A program made the position numbers and the translations under genes. From Pseudobdellovibrionaceae bacterium (lineage in GTDB: Bacteria > Bdellovibrionota > Bdellovibrionia > Bdellovibrionales > UBA1609): a stretch of DNA of 64,000 nt. The stretch covers positions 5,229 to 69,228 of the forward strand of contig JAMLIO010000008.1 of assembly GCA_023954155.1 (NCBI GenBank), given 5' to 3'. The notes beneath the pieces are model-generated. The model was not told the origin of the DNA. It did no database searches and worked only from the letters and a program-made list of their open reading frames with translations. Below are positions 1 through 9,710 of this stretch, one piece after another; position 1 is the first letter of the stretch, and every line of letters begins with the position of its first letter.

Positions 1-765
1 ATTCCAGAGATTTTTGAGCTGTCAGTGGTTTTAAGTGCGATCACTCCCAAAGGCTTAATGAACAGAGCCCATGCTTACAAAGCTAAGGTGCAGGAAAATG
101 AATCTAAAAATATAGAAGATGTAGATGATGGTGTGAATATGGGGCTTTACACCTACCCCATACTTATGACCGCTGACATTTTGGCTTTGAATGCTCATCG
201 TATTCCTGTGGGTCCTGATCAAGTTCAACATCTTGAAATCGCTAGAGACATTGCACAGAAGTTTAACCATATTTATGGCAAACAAAAGCAAGGTGATTTT
301 TTATTTAATCTTCCCGAATTTCATTTGAACACACGCACACAAAAAAATCTTTTACCTGGATTGGATGGAAGAAAAATGAGTGCGAGTTACAACAATCATA
401 TTCCCGTATTTTTGCCAGAAAAACAGCTGCGCAAAATGATCATGAAGATTGTCTCAGACTCAACCCCTCCCGAAGCTCCTAAGAGCATTGAGAACAATGT
501 CTTGTTTGATTTCTATAAGTTCTTTGCAACAGATGAACAGATTAAAGAGATGACACAAAGGTATGCTCAGGGCATTGCGTGGGGAACGGTCAAACAAGAG
601 ATCTTTGAAATTTTAAACGCCAGACTGCAAGAGCCCCGCAAAGTGTATGATCATTATATGAGTCACTTAGACGAATTAGAAAGTGTCTTACAAGATGGAG
701 CACAAAGAGCCCGCGAGCAGGCTCGTGAAGTGTTAAAGGGTGTACGTCAAGCTATCGGAGTATAA
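1..765 (+). CDS. trpS: tryptophanyl-tRNA synthetase, C-terminal part (5' end lies outside the window)
   Basis: The frame is open from base 1. A class-I aaRS KMSKS-type loop is present as GRKMSAS. The blocks YPILMTADIL and VPVGPDQVQHLEIARDIAQKFN are typical of TrpRS. Stop TAA at 763-765. Confidence 0.85.
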   Translation: MPEIFELSVVLSAITPKGLMNRAHAYKAKVQENESKNIEDVDDGVNMGLYTYPILMTADILALNAHRIPVGPDQVQHLEIARDIAQKFNHIYGKQKQGDFLFNLPEFHLNTRTQKNLLPGLDGRKMSASYNNHIPVFLPEKQLRKMIMKIVSDSTPPEAPKSIENNVLFDFYKFFATDEQIKEMTQRYAQGIAWGTVKQEIFEILNARLQEPRKVYDHYMSHLDELESVLQDGAQRAREQAREVLKGVRQAIGV

Positions 766-768
766 AAA

Positions 769-2139
769 CTAAGGCGAGGTTTTAGATTCTGCCGCAGAGT
801 CTTTTGTGGCAGGAGGTGCCTCTTTTGGCTTTGTTATGGTCGTAGTTTCAGCGGCTTCTTTATTAGAGCGAGCTCCTCTTTGGGAAAGAGTGCCTTCGAC
901 AGGAAGGACCGTGGTTTGTGAGGGTGTATGGGCTTCCGCCGCAGTAAGAGTTTCTACGTCAGATTCTGTTTTTGCAGGTGAAGGCACAATCGGAGCAATA
1001 GGTTGTGATACATCTTCTTCTTGTGCTTTGGAGGACTGAGGTGCTGGTGCACTCGCATTCACAGTGGCAGTTTGTGGTGTCGTAGCAGATTGGGCTTGCT
1101 CAAGGCGCTGTTTGATGGAGTCTTCTTGATTTTTTTGTGCTAATTCATCTAGATAGGTTTTTTGAATTGTAAATAGTTTTTTATGAAAGGCCGTAGTGGG
1201 TAACATTAAAGCACCAAAGGGACGTTCTACGCCGCGTTCTTTGATATAGACCAACGTGTCCCAAGCAAATGTTTCCGTGCTCTCTTGCACCCAACGTAAA
1301 CAATTGGATTCATCATCTTTGGCATTACTTGCGGGGTTACTTGAGATGTGCATCCCAATAAAAAGCCCTTCTTCGTTAAAGTAAATGCCTCCAGAAGATC
1401 CTTGTGCTGTTGAAGCATTGGTGCTAATCACTGCTGGGGCCATAAATTTAATCTCAGCACTTTCAACTGTCTGAGGTAAACCTCGCATAGAGCTGACAAA
1501 GTACAAACGATCATTGAGTTTTAAAATTTCTGCATTGTCGTTTACTCTTGCAGGTTCTATTCCTTTAACAGGACGATCCAATTTAATAATGGCATAATCC
1601 ATGTGACCATCCATTTTTGAAGCCCCGTACTCTTGGCCCTGTGGGCGAAACTCAGGATTGACGTCATAACGGATGTATTCTCGTTTCACACAACTGTAAA
1701 CATCTTCGTGAGGTATGATGTCAGTATGGCCTGTATAGTTGATCACCAATTTTCTTTCTTTACAGTCTGTCGAGCGTTTATATAAATGAGCAGGGACCAA
1801 AACATGATCAGGTGTGATCAGAATACCTGACCCTTTTAAAGATTCTGCGCGATAGTCCCTAGAGTAGAGTTCGGTCTCACACACCATGCGAAGAGCGTCA
1901 GTTTTGGGGGAGTTAGGGACGGCGTTCATTTGGAATTTTTTAACTAGGTAGTCCCCATTAGGTTGTTGAACAAACCCTGATGGAGAAAACACACTTACTA
2001 CAGCACGTGAAGCCCACCTGATAGGCTCAGGGGCTTCGTTTACATTTGCACGCCTAGAACCATTATCAAAAATTAATGCACTAGCAGTGTGTGCAAGTAA
2101 AAACGCCGTTATAAAAATAGAAACATTAAGCACCTTCAT
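769..2139 (-). CDS. secreted trypsin-like (S1/Trypsin_2-type) serine protease with a low-complexity Pro/Ala/Thr/Glu C-terminal tail
   Basis: N-terminal signal peptide (MKVLNVSIFITAFLLAHTASA). Catalytic triad context: His in PDHVLVPAHL, Asp in DYAIIKLDRPV, Ser in TAQGSSGGIYF. Its stop lies only 3 nt from the convergent trpS stop. Confidence 0.75.
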   Translation of the reverse strand: MKVLNVSIFITAFLLAHTASALIFDNGSRRANVNEAPEPIRWASRAVVSVFSPSGFVQQPNGDYLVKKFQMNAVPNSPKTDALRMVCETELYSRDYRAESLKGSGILITPDHVLVPAHLYKRSTDCKERKLVINYTGHTDIIPHEDVYSCVKREYIRYDVNPEFRPQGQEYGASKMDGHMDYAIIKLDRPVKGIEPARVNDNAEILKLNDRLYFVSSMRGLPQTVESAEIKFMAPAVISTNASTAQGSSGGIYFNEEGLFIGMHISSNPASNAKDDESNCLRWVQESTETFAWDTLVYIKERGVERPFGALMLPTTAFHKKLFTIQKTYLDELAQKNQEDSIKQRLEQAQSATTPQTATVNASAPAPQSSKAQEEDVSQPIAPIVPSPAKTESDVETLTAAEAHTPSQTTVLPVEGTLSQRGARSNKEAAETTTITKPKEAPPATKDSAAESKTSP

Positions 2140-2408
2140 CGTGAGTAAAGTATATACTGAATTTTAAAATTTTTCATCCTTAAAGAGTTCATATAAAGGT
2201 CCTAAAACAGGTCTAAGGTATGAATAAAATGTGTTTTAAAGTCTTGAATGTGTAAAAAACTACACTGTCTAGAATTAGGATTTTGAGTGTCTAAAGTTTT
2301 GACACATGTAATTTTAACTCTCTGTAAGTACGCATAAAACGTCCCTTATTTGGCCCTAAATTTGCTTCTTTATAATATCCACAAGTGATGCTTATTGGGG
2401 GGAAGTAA

Positions 2409-4421
2409 GTGTTTAAAGTCGTTCTATGCTCTTTATTGATGATGTTACCTGTAGTCTCGCAAGCCTACTTGTATGCTTCATTAAAAGGACATGAGAATGA
2501 TCTGCTTGTGGATGGACGGAACGTACATGTGATCGTTGCTGGTTATGGTAATGAACTAGGTATGAGCACTTATCAGATGGCTGTATCTAGAGCCAAACGT
2601 ATTAAAGAAAATTTTCCTAACGATCGCGTTCTTATTTTGGGTTCCACGTCTTTTCATGAAGGGACAGTTCATCATAAAACAACTCCAGAAAGACTGGAGC
2701 AAGACTATGACATTAGTATTCATAGAGACTTCAAAGACGGTGGACCTCAAGCTCACATGATCACCACTCCACTGACAGCAGATAATTTCACTACGGCCAC
2801 ATTGTATGCCATCGCTAAACCTTCAAGCTTAAGAGAGTTTTATCGCTCTTCAGGTCCCGTGACTCTGACAGATGTGGCAAGTGCCATTAAAAGTGGGAGA
2901 ATTGAAGGGGCAGGTAAAATTCGATCTTTAGATTTTATCACACATTCAAGTCCACTTGATGGAATTTTTCTTCATAATAGCACTGAGTATTACAAGCCTA
3001 TTTCTGCACAAGAGGCCACACGAGCCAAAGCGATGGGACGAGAAGTGATTCTTGAAGATGGTAAATATTATGTGCGTGAGAACATTGCAGGGACAGACAA
3101 AGAATCCAAAGCGCAACGTTCACTGACGGCTGCGTCTTCGCAGATATCGGCTTTAAATGGACTTTTTACTGATGATGCCTATGTCAATATGGCAGGATGT
3201 TCGGGCGGGTTTGGAGTTGTAGAAGATATGTCAAGAGCCTTAGGGGTTCCTGTTTCAGGAAGTGCTAATGGAGCGGAAGTGTATGTGATGGATCAAAACG
3301 GCGACTATTACTACAACTACCCTGAGACGAATCCCAATGAAGGTGATAGCAAACCTTTATCCGACAGTATGAACGCCATGCTAGGCCATGAGTTAGGGGC
3401 CAATGATGATACCGCACCACCCATGGGTTTTAAACCTGCGATCAATATGTACAATGGATATTGGGGAAATTTAAGCAGTGGTACTAACTTTACAATTACA
3501 GCTTGTGTGGTGCGTGAAGATCAACGCGCAAGTGATTTAGCCCGATGTGAAATGGGTATGGCAAGACGAATTGAAGATGCTCTGACAGCCAGCAACTCTA
3601 AAGGTGAAAGCTTTGAAATCAAAGAAGGGATGTCTAGAGAAGAGATCGTTGCGGTCTCTACGGCAAAATATAAAAACTTTTTAAATTCTTTAAAAGAAAA
3701 CATGTGTCCAGATGGCCGAGGTCTGAATGCCTACAAAGAACGATACGCCGAAGTTCGCAATCAGTGTTTTGCGGCGATCAATTCTCTGGGTGTATTAAGT
3801 ATCAATTGTAATGTGAAATCACAAGAGCTTGCGCAGGCTAAATCTGCAAGTGAATTAGAACAAAAATTTCCAAGTAAATACAAAGAAGTCTGTACCAAGC
3901 ATGCTGAGGAGTACATTCAAAAGTATAAGAGCTTTGTGCCCCTTTTAGACAGAGAGGGAAAAACTTTGGTGTGTGACTTAAATGGATGTCGAGTAAGACT
4001 GATGGGTTGTGAAGTCACAAATCAAGAAAGATATCAGTGCTTAAGTGATTTGAGTAAAGATTATCCACAACTTAGCAGTGCGACGTCAGATGCCTCTTGT
4101 TATGCTACTGACGGTGCCCCTGAACAGTGCTTAAAAAGAATTCTGGGTTCTTCGGGTGAGGTGTACTCAGGCGCAAACGCCAAGCTTAAAAGATGTTTTA
4201 ACTCCAAACGTTGTGAGATAGATCAGGATTACACTCAAGCCTCAAATAAAGACAACTATACGTTTATGAATTACATTCAACACTATTTAAGTGGTTATGT
4301 GAAATTGGAACAATACAGACGAGGGGATTTAAAAATTGAGGGTGATCATCCTCCAGTTTTACCTTTCACCAACGCGAGCCCCTCAACTCAAGATCATTTA
4401 AATGCGACTGGGGTCCGATAA
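2409..4421 (+). CDS. secreted hypothetical protein (670 aa) with a Cys-rich C-terminal half; the N-terminal domain has a His...Cys pattern
   Basis: GTG start preceded by GGGGGGAAG. Signal peptide MFKVVLCSLLMMLPVVSQA. Contains FITHSSPLDG and, about 80 aa later, VNMAGCSGGFG. Many Cys residues after about aa 440. I recognise no family with confidence. Confidence 0.55.
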   Translation: MFKVVLCSLLMMLPVVSQAYLYASLKGHENDLLVDGRNVHVIVAGYGNELGMSTYQMAVSRAKRIKENFPNDRVLILGSTSFHEGTVHHKTTPERLEQDYDISIHRDFKDGGPQAHMITTPLTADNFTTATLYAIAKPSSLREFYRSSGPVTLTDVASAIKSGRIEGAGKIRSLDFITHSSPLDGIFLHNSTEYYKPISAQEATRAKAMGREVILEDGKYYVRENIAGTDKESKAQRSLTAASSQISALNGLFTDDAYVNMAGCSGGFGVVEDMSRALGVPVSGSANGAEVYVMDQNGDYYYNYPETNPNEGDSKPLSDSMNAMLGHELGANDDTAPPMGFKPAINMYNGYWGNLSSGTNFTITACVVREDQRASDLARCEMGMARRIEDALTASNSKGESFEIKEGMSREEIVAVSTAKYKNFLNSLKENMCPDGRGLNAYKERYAEVRNQCFAAINSLGVLSINCNVKSQELAQAKSASELEQKFPSKYKEVCTKHAEEYIQKYKSFVPLLDREGKTLVCDLNGCRVRLMGCEVTNQERYQCLSDLSKDYPQLSSATSDASCYATDGAPEQCLKRILGSSGEVYSGANAKLKRCFNSKRCEIDQDYTQASNKDNYTFMNYIQHYLSGYVKLEQYRRGDLKIEGDHPPVLPFTNASPSTQDHLNATGVR

Positions 4422-4544
4422 ACAAGTATTGTGGTTTAAAACGAAACACAACTTAGGTCTGTAAATCTATGGCTTAAGTCTATGTCCATCCATGTGTAAA
4501 AAAATGCACTTTTAAATTGAAACTGAATAAGGCACACTGAAGGA

Positions 4545-5510
4545 GTGAACTTCTTTATTAGAGTTGTTGTTTTAGTTGTTGTCCTGCTGTCTGGCGTGTT
4601 CGCGTCTGCGGCTCCACTTGTGTTAGGGAAACGTTACCCTTTAAATACAAAAGCTGAGCGCGGCACGCTGGTTTGGCAGTTTGTAACTTTTAACCGCTCT
4701 ATTTCTGGTGGGATCAACATTCAGCTTGAAGTTTACAATTCTAGAGCCAAAAGTCTAAAGTACTTTGACGAGTATCGCGAGATTGTAGATAGCTCTATTC
4801 AAAAAAATACGGTATCAAAATTTGCTCTTGAAAACTCAAGTGTGAATTTCAGCAGTGACCGCTACGCCCTTTTAACCTTTCAAGTCAGTAAGCTTTCAAA
4901 TCTTTATTATATCCCATTAAGGGTCGATTATTATGATGGCTTTGAAGACTATTTGGTAAGATTGTATTTTGCTAAAGGTAAGTTTTCAATGGCCTCTAGG
5001 TTATTGCAACAAGGTAAGTTTGTAAACGCTGATGAGACAGCAGAGTCTCAAGAAGATAACAAGAAGAGCAAAAAGAAATCTAAAAAAGATAAAAAGAAAA
5101 AGTCAGAGGAACAAGAACCGTCTGATCAAGGCATGACATTTTCTCCACAAGAAGCCCCTGCAGAATCTGTAGACACTGGTGCTGCTGCTGATAGCACTTC
5201 ACCAAGTGAGCCGTCTGTAGATGAGGAACACACTATTTTAGTGGAACCTATAGAGCTTACTCCTGAAGAGCAAAAAGAGCAGGATAGAGTCAATGAAGAG
5301 CTAAGATCTTTTATCGAAACAGCTCCTGACGAGACACTTTTACAAGAACTCCCAGAATTTAAGTCAGACCTTTCAGATCCTAACTTTAAAGATGCCTCTG
5401 ACATTTTATTTGGCGAGAAACCTGATGCACCCAAATCAGATGAGGCAAGTTCAGACGCCAACTCGGAGACCACTCCTAGCCAAGATGAGACAGAGGAAGT
5501 AGCTCCTTAA
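4545..5510 (+). CDS. secreted hypothetical protein with a Lys-rich then acidic Ser/Glu/Pro low-complexity C-terminal half
   Basis: GTG start. Signal peptide VVVLVVVLLSGVFASAAP. KKSKKKSKKDKKKKSEEQE block followed by an acidic PEST-like tail. The antisense ORF 5126-5473 is a low-complexity artefact. Confidence 0.5.
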   Translation: MNFFIRVVVLVVVLLSGVFASAAPLVLGKRYPLNTKAERGTLVWQFVTFNRSISGGINIQLEVYNSRAKSLKYFDEYREIVDSSIQKNTVSKFALENSSVNFSSDRYALLTFQVSKLSNLYYIPLRVDYYDGFEDYLVRLYFAKGKFSMASRLLQQGKFVNADETAESQEDNKKSKKKSKKDKKKKSEEQEPSDQGMTFSPQEAPAESVDTGAAADSTSPSEPSVDEEHTILVEPIELTPEEQKEQDRVNEELRSFIETAPDETLLQELPEFKSDLSDPNFKDASDILFGEKPDAPKSDEASSDANSETTPSQDETEEVAP

Positions 5511-5755
5511 AAAGCGTCACACATCGTACGCAGTCAGCGGTACAGTATTTTTGGTGAGACTGATGAGGGAGGAGGGGATGGTCCTTTGCTGAAAAGTGCG
5601 AAGCGGTTCTCCCTTAAATGCCTTCTATAGACAAAAAAAGTCTCTTTAAGCCAAAAATGCCAAATATTGTAGGGGTTTAGGTGGCAAAAGTCCCTTTAAA
5701 TCCCAGTGATCTGGTATAGGGCTCGCATTTAAAGACTTGTATAGGAAAAGTACAA

Positions 5756-7252
5756 GTGATGAAGCAAGCCTTAGGTTTTTTAGCTCTATGTGTGTTTTAC
5801 ACCCTGTTTGCGAATGCACAGGATGGGGTAGGAGCGTCTAAGCCTTCTGCTAAGACCGCCTATGTGGATGGATTCACGTTATGTTCTGCGGCTCTGACTC
5901 GTCAAACAGGTGGGTGGGTTCAAACAGGAACCTTCAAAGAGGAAGCTGTTTTTGTTTACACTCATTTTATCAATTCCTTTCAAGCAGAGCGTCCTACAAT
6001 TTTATATTTTACAGGTGGCCCAGGTGGGCACTCTCATAATCTAGATCTACAAGGGCGAATTGCTACGCAATTGGGATATAATCTCTTGGCCTTTGATCAT
6101 CGTGGAGTGGGGTGTTCAAAGCCTAGAACTGAAGCCATATATTTGGATTCAGATTTTTACAGTTCTGTGAATGTGGTGACAGATGCTAAGGCGATCATTG
6201 ATCATTTTAATCTTAAAAAGGTGAGTGTATGGGGAGCCTCTTACGGGACAGTACCTGCTACTATCTTTGCCAGCTATTATCCACAGTCTGTGCAAGCGGT
6301 TCTATTAGAAGGTGTGTTTTATCAGTTTGTGACAACAGACCACATGAAGAAGCTTGTAGATCAGTTTTGGGCGTCGTTATCTGAAGATGCAAAAAAGAAG
6401 ATCGAATCCTATCATGCTTACCCTGAAACAAAAAATATACCTAATCCTGTTTTTCAGGTTTTAAGAGACATCAGCTTAAATCATGGTCAATATGCTCAGA
6501 AAAAATTTGCCGCACATTTAAATTCTATGGGTTCAGAGTTGATCGTCAATCGTGATGTGCTCTTAAACTGGGTGAAGCAAAATTTTCCTAAAAAGATATC
6601 CATGTCTACGGTCTTTCCGCAAGGGGTGGCCCCCACGGATGTGGATGTCCATGTTTACAATACACTTCTGGCAAAAGAACTGGGACGTTGTACAAGAGAT
6701 TTTAATGCCGTCTTTTATAAAGTTATGAACGGTATGATTGTGGAATTAAAACAAATCGAAGATGAAGATGCTACAATGGCCTGTGATGAATTAGCTGCCA
6801 GAAATTACATTTCCACATTTAATCTACAAGAAATTGAGAAAGAATATATAGATACAGAGAACTTTTTAATTCATTATGAAGAGGATATCAGCCTTTTGTA
6901 CTTTAAGAACAAATATTATAGTTTTGGTGATGTGCCGTCATTATATAAACCAGAACAGTTTTCTATTAAGGCTCCTGTGTACTACTTTAATGGGACATAC
7001 GATCTGGCAACTCCATTAGATTTAGCGCAAAAGCATTATCGTGACGTCAACACCATTCCAGAGCAGAGTTATTTTCTAGCCTTTGATAGTTTGGGCCATC
7101 ATCCCATTTTAGAGTCTTACGATATGGGTTCACAACAAGAAATACAATGTATGGATATACTTATTAAGAGCGCTTTGATGGGTTTAAATATAAAAAATAA
7201 AATGTGTACTGCTCAGAGTTTAAGTTCGTTTAAAATCAATGTTGAGCAGTAG
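5756..7252 (+). CDS. secreted alpha/beta hydrolase, proline-iminopeptidase-like (S33 family)
   Basis: Signal peptide. TGGPGGHS oxyanion-region motif typical of prolyl aminopeptidases. Nucleophile elbow GASYG (GxSxG). C-terminal LGHH with a candidate catalytic His. ATG at 5759 is an alternative start. Confidence 0.65.
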   Translation: MMKQALGFLALCVFYTLFANAQDGVGASKPSAKTAYVDGFTLCSAALTRQTGGWVQTGTFKEEAVFVYTHFINSFQAERPTILYFTGGPGGHSHNLDLQGRIATQLGYNLLAFDHRGVGCSKPRTEAIYLDSDFYSSVNVVTDAKAIIDHFNLKKVSVWGASYGTVPATIFASYYPQSVQAVLLEGVFYQFVTTDHMKKLVDQFWASLSEDAKKKIESYHAYPETKNIPNPVFQVLRDISLNHGQYAQKKFAAHLNSMGSELIVNRDVLLNWVKQNFPKKISMSTVFPQGVAPTDVDVHVYNTLLAKELGRCTRDFNAVFYKVMNGMIVELKQIEDEDATMACDELAARNYISTFNLQEIEKEYIDTENFLIHYEEDISLLYFKNKYYSFGDVPSLYKPEQFSIKAPVYYFNGTYDLATPLDLAQKHYRDVNTIPEQSYFLAFDSLGHHPILESYDMGSQQEIQCMDILIKSALMGLNIKNKMCTAQSLSSFKINVEQ

Positions 7253-7267
7253 AACGAAGAGGTAAAA

Positions 7268-7753
7268 ATGATTTTTCAATTCTTATTAAGTCTTTTTGTT
7301 TTTTCTGCAGGAGCCCAGAACGTGGCTCCAGAGGGTCAGTCTGCGGCTCAAAGTGTAGTTAGCTGTGAGGTTCGCTTTGGCCCCTTAGAGCTTAAAAAAA
7401 ACCAATACGGATATTTTGTGGAGCTTGAAGGTAAAAAGTATTCTGCCACAAAAGCCACCCATTCCATTACTGATAAATATGAGCGCTTGGATTTTGGTTA
7501 TATGGGTCTTGATAGGCAAAGATTAAATCGTGCTGAAGGTCATATTACCTTAGTTAAATATTTGATGGGTGATGAAGAAGGGATTGTGCCTTTAAGTTTT
7601 GATCTTACAAAAGCTCGTAGCGCAGATGTTTTTTCTTTTAATACACCAACCTATTACACTTCCAACACCTATGACATTGTGCTTTTATTCGATTCTAATG
7701 GTCATAAGCTTGGTGGCTTAAGTGCTCCCTTTGATATCGGTGAATGTCGCTAA
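7268..7753 (+). CDS. secreted hypothetical protein (161 aa)
   Basis: GAAGAGG SD 5 nt upstream of the ATG. Signal peptide MIFQFLLSLFVFSAGAQN. Overlaps the next gene by 10 nt, suggesting an operon. Confidence 0.5.
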   Translation: MIFQFLLSLFVFSAGAQNVAPEGQSAAQSVVSCEVRFGPLELKKNQYGYFVELEGKKYSATKATHSITDKYERLDFGYMGLDRQRLNRAEGHITLVKYLMGDEEGIVPLSFDLTKARSADVFSFNTPTYYTSNTYDIVLLFDSNGHKLGGLSAPFDIGECR

Positions 7754-8268
7754 TTTCTAATATGCGGATGTTCTGCCTTATACTTCTTTTGCACTTCCCA
7801 TTTTTGTCACATGCAAACAAAGCTTGCGTGGGTTTTCTTATGGCTTCAAAAATCAGACTCAGCGAAGCTTTGGTTAATGGGGACTTAAAAACGTCTAAAA
7901 ATACTGGTGACTTAAGGCCGCAGGAAATATCAGCTATTCAGATATTGGTAAACTCATCAGGGCTCGATGTTTTTATTACAGGCTCAGCGGCAAAAGGACA
8001 GCGTCGAGCTATAGACTCTGATTTGCCTCTGGCCGTTTTTGGCGGCTCAAAAAAGGATACAAAGAGTGACATCGACTATGTGGTCAAAATAGGCCTGGGT
8101 GATAAGGCGAATAGATTGCCTTTTCCCGATGTAGACTCTTCGTGGGGTGTCAGGGAGGTTGATTATATAAATCTTTCTAGTGGCCCTACAATACTTTTTC
8201 GTCCATACGCGGATCCTATTTTGATCGAAGGATCTGGTCGCTTATATTTGGATGATACTACGAATTGA
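7744..8268 (+). CDS. signal-peptide-bearing minimal nucleotidyltransferase (Pol-beta superfamily)-like protein
   Basis: ITGSAAKGQRRAIDSDLPLAV fits hG[GS]-x(9-13)-Dh[DE]h. A further acidic SDIDYVV block lies downstream. N-terminal hydrophobic leader ends in ...FLSHA. Confidence 0.45.
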   Translation: MSLISNMRMFCLILLLHFPFLSHANKACVGFLMASKIRLSEALVNGDLKTSKNTGDLRPQEISAIQILVNSSGLDVFITGSAAKGQRRAIDSDLPLAVFGGSKKDTKSDIDYVVKIGLGDKANRLPFPDVDSSWGVREVDYINLSSGPTILFRPYADPILIEGSGRLYLDDTTN

Positions 8269-8344
8269 TTTCGCGAAGCGGGTAAAACTACGCTGGGTTG
8301 AAGGTTTACCCCGTGCAAACAAAGTTTACCTTCTGATCTGATCT

Positions 8345-8385
8345 CAGAATACTGACCAGTATTCTGAATACCGTTAACTGTATTC
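8345..8385 (-). terminator. two adjacent hairpins sharing a GAATAC motif immediately 3' of tRNA-Leu (candidate terminator or processing site)
   Basis: CAGAATACTG-AC-CAGTATTCTG (8345-8366) forms a perfect 10-bp stem. GAATAC-CGTTAACT-GTATTC follows (8366-8385). There is no clear U-tract. Confidence 0.35.
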
Positions 8386-8403
8386 TGGGTATTGCATTTT
8401 AGA

Positions 8404-8492
8404 TGGTGCCCGAGGCCAGACTTGAACTGGCACGTCCGGTGAGGGACCCAGGATTTTAAGTCCTGTGCGTCTACCAATTTCGCCACTCGGGC
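8404..8492 (-). tRNA. tRNA-Leu, anticodon UAA, long variable arm, encoded CCA
   Basis: The reverse complement reads GCCCGAGTGGCGAAATTGGTAGACGCACAGGACTTAAAATCCTGGGTCCCTCACCGGACGTGCCAGTTCAAGTCTGGCCTCGGGCACCA. Acceptor stem is GCCCGAG/CTCGGGC. T-arm is GCCAG-TTCAAGT-CTGGC. The anticodon loop CT-TAA-AA gives anticodon TAA. Confidence 0.95.
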
Positions 8493-8682
8493 ACGTAAGG
8501 AATAAACATAGCGATTTTTTGATAAAAAACAATCTTTAAGTGTGAAGTAAGGCAAAAAAACCTGTGGATCTTCACGAAGTTACTGAGAAATTTCCCTTAG
8601 ATTTTAAAAATGCTTAATTCATCGTCAATATTCTATTTGTGATGGGGCTTGCGAGAAGGAACAGAGTGTGTAAAAAAATAGC

Positions 8683-9684
8683 ATGTCTAGGTTGAAATCA
8701 GGTGCGATCTTATTTTTACTTCTGGTTCTGGGTTATCTACTTTTAACCTATAAGTGTGTGGCGCCTCCTCCTGAAAATGAGGAGAGAATCAGGCCTCAGT
8801 CTACAAATCTTAAATTGCCAGAAGAATCAAAATCAACAACGCAAATTCAAACAGCTGTGAGTGTGAATTTTGATAGATCAAAACCTTCTACGGCGCCTCA
8901 AACTCAATTAAGTCTCCCCACAGAAAAAAAGAATCCAGAGCCTAAATCTTTGCTTGAAGTAGACTCTCGTCAAATTCGATTTACAGTGCATGGCAAGTAC
9001 GCCCTTGCTGGAGAGGACATTCTTTTGGGGGAGCTAAGCCCCAAAGACCAAGAAAAGTGGAGTGGAGCCGCCGTCTATGGACGCCTGCCCTGGTCTAGAG
9101 GGGTGGAGTTGTGGCCAAGAGGAATAGTTCCCTTTGCCATCAGTACCCAGATTCCAGAACAGCAAGTGAAGCAGATTCGAGACGCCATGGAGGTCTTTCA
9201 TCAAAAGACCAGCATTCGTTTTGTAGACTACAATGGCGAAAAAGATGCCCTGCATTTTATTTCTGACCCCGAAAGGTGTGCCAGCTATGTGGGAAGAGTC
9301 GGTGGGCATCAGCCTGTACTGGTGGGGCCAGAGTGTGGCATGAAAGAGATGATTCACGAGATGATGCACGTTCTGGGTTTCATTCACGAGCATCAAAGAG
9401 AAAGCAGAGACCGTTTTGTGCGTGTTCACCTGGATCAAATTGAGCCCGATAAACTCATCAATTTCGATATCTTACCCCAAGACTATCAAGCAATTTATAA
9501 AAGACTTAGTGTCGAATTTGACCATCAGTCTCTGATGCTCTATCCCACTCATTTTTTTGCCAAAGACCGTGAAAGGGGAGTGACCTTATCTAGTCGTGAT
9601 CCACAAACTCCACTTGCTCCCAGTGCCACATTGAGCGCAGGAGACATTTTGAAACTGCAAGAAGTTTACGAGAGAAACTTCTAA
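8683..9684 (+). CDS. secreted astacin-family (M12A) zinc metalloprotease
   Basis: HEMMHVLGFIHEHQRESRD matches the astacin signature HExxHxxGxxHE. A Met-turn-like SLMLY lies downstream. There is an N-terminal membrane/signal segment. Confidence 0.85.
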   Translation: MSRLKSGAILFLLLVLGYLLLTYKCVAPPPENEERIRPQSTNLKLPEESKSTTQIQTAVSVNFDRSKPSTAPQTQLSLPTEKKNPEPKSLLEVDSRQIRFTVHGKYALAGEDILLGELSPKDQEKWSGAAVYGRLPWSRGVELWPRGIVPFAISTQIPEQQVKQIRDAMEVFHQKTSIRFVDYNGEKDALHFISDPERCASYVGRVGGHQPVLVGPECGMKEMIHEMMHVLGFIHEHQRESRDRFVRVHLDQIEPDKLINFDILPQDYQAIYKRLSVEFDHQSLMLYPTHFFAKDRERGVTLSSRDPQTPLAPSATLSAGDILKLQEVYERNF

Positions 9685-9710
9685 GACCAAATGTTTTTTA
9701 GAAAACTTCA

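Noticed and set aside
7268-7753. The 161-aa protein as a HEPN-type partner of the downstream minimal NTase (contains RLNRAEGH, which fits Rx4-6H)
   Set aside because: The protein has a signal peptide and a beta-rich composition, not the all-helical HEPN layout. A single short motif match is expected by chance.
5756-8492. Genomic island integrated at the 3' end of tRNA-Leu
   Set aside because: There is no integrase or recombinase. I found no direct repeat of the tRNA 3' end (TGGTGCCCGAGGCCAGAC...) in upstream intergenic regions. The neighbouring genes look like the secreted hydrolase genes found throughout the window.
8163-8555. 130-aa minus-strand ORF
   Set aside because: It runs straight through tRNA-Leu (8404-8492) and overlaps the 3' end of the 7744-8268 CDS, so it is an artefact.
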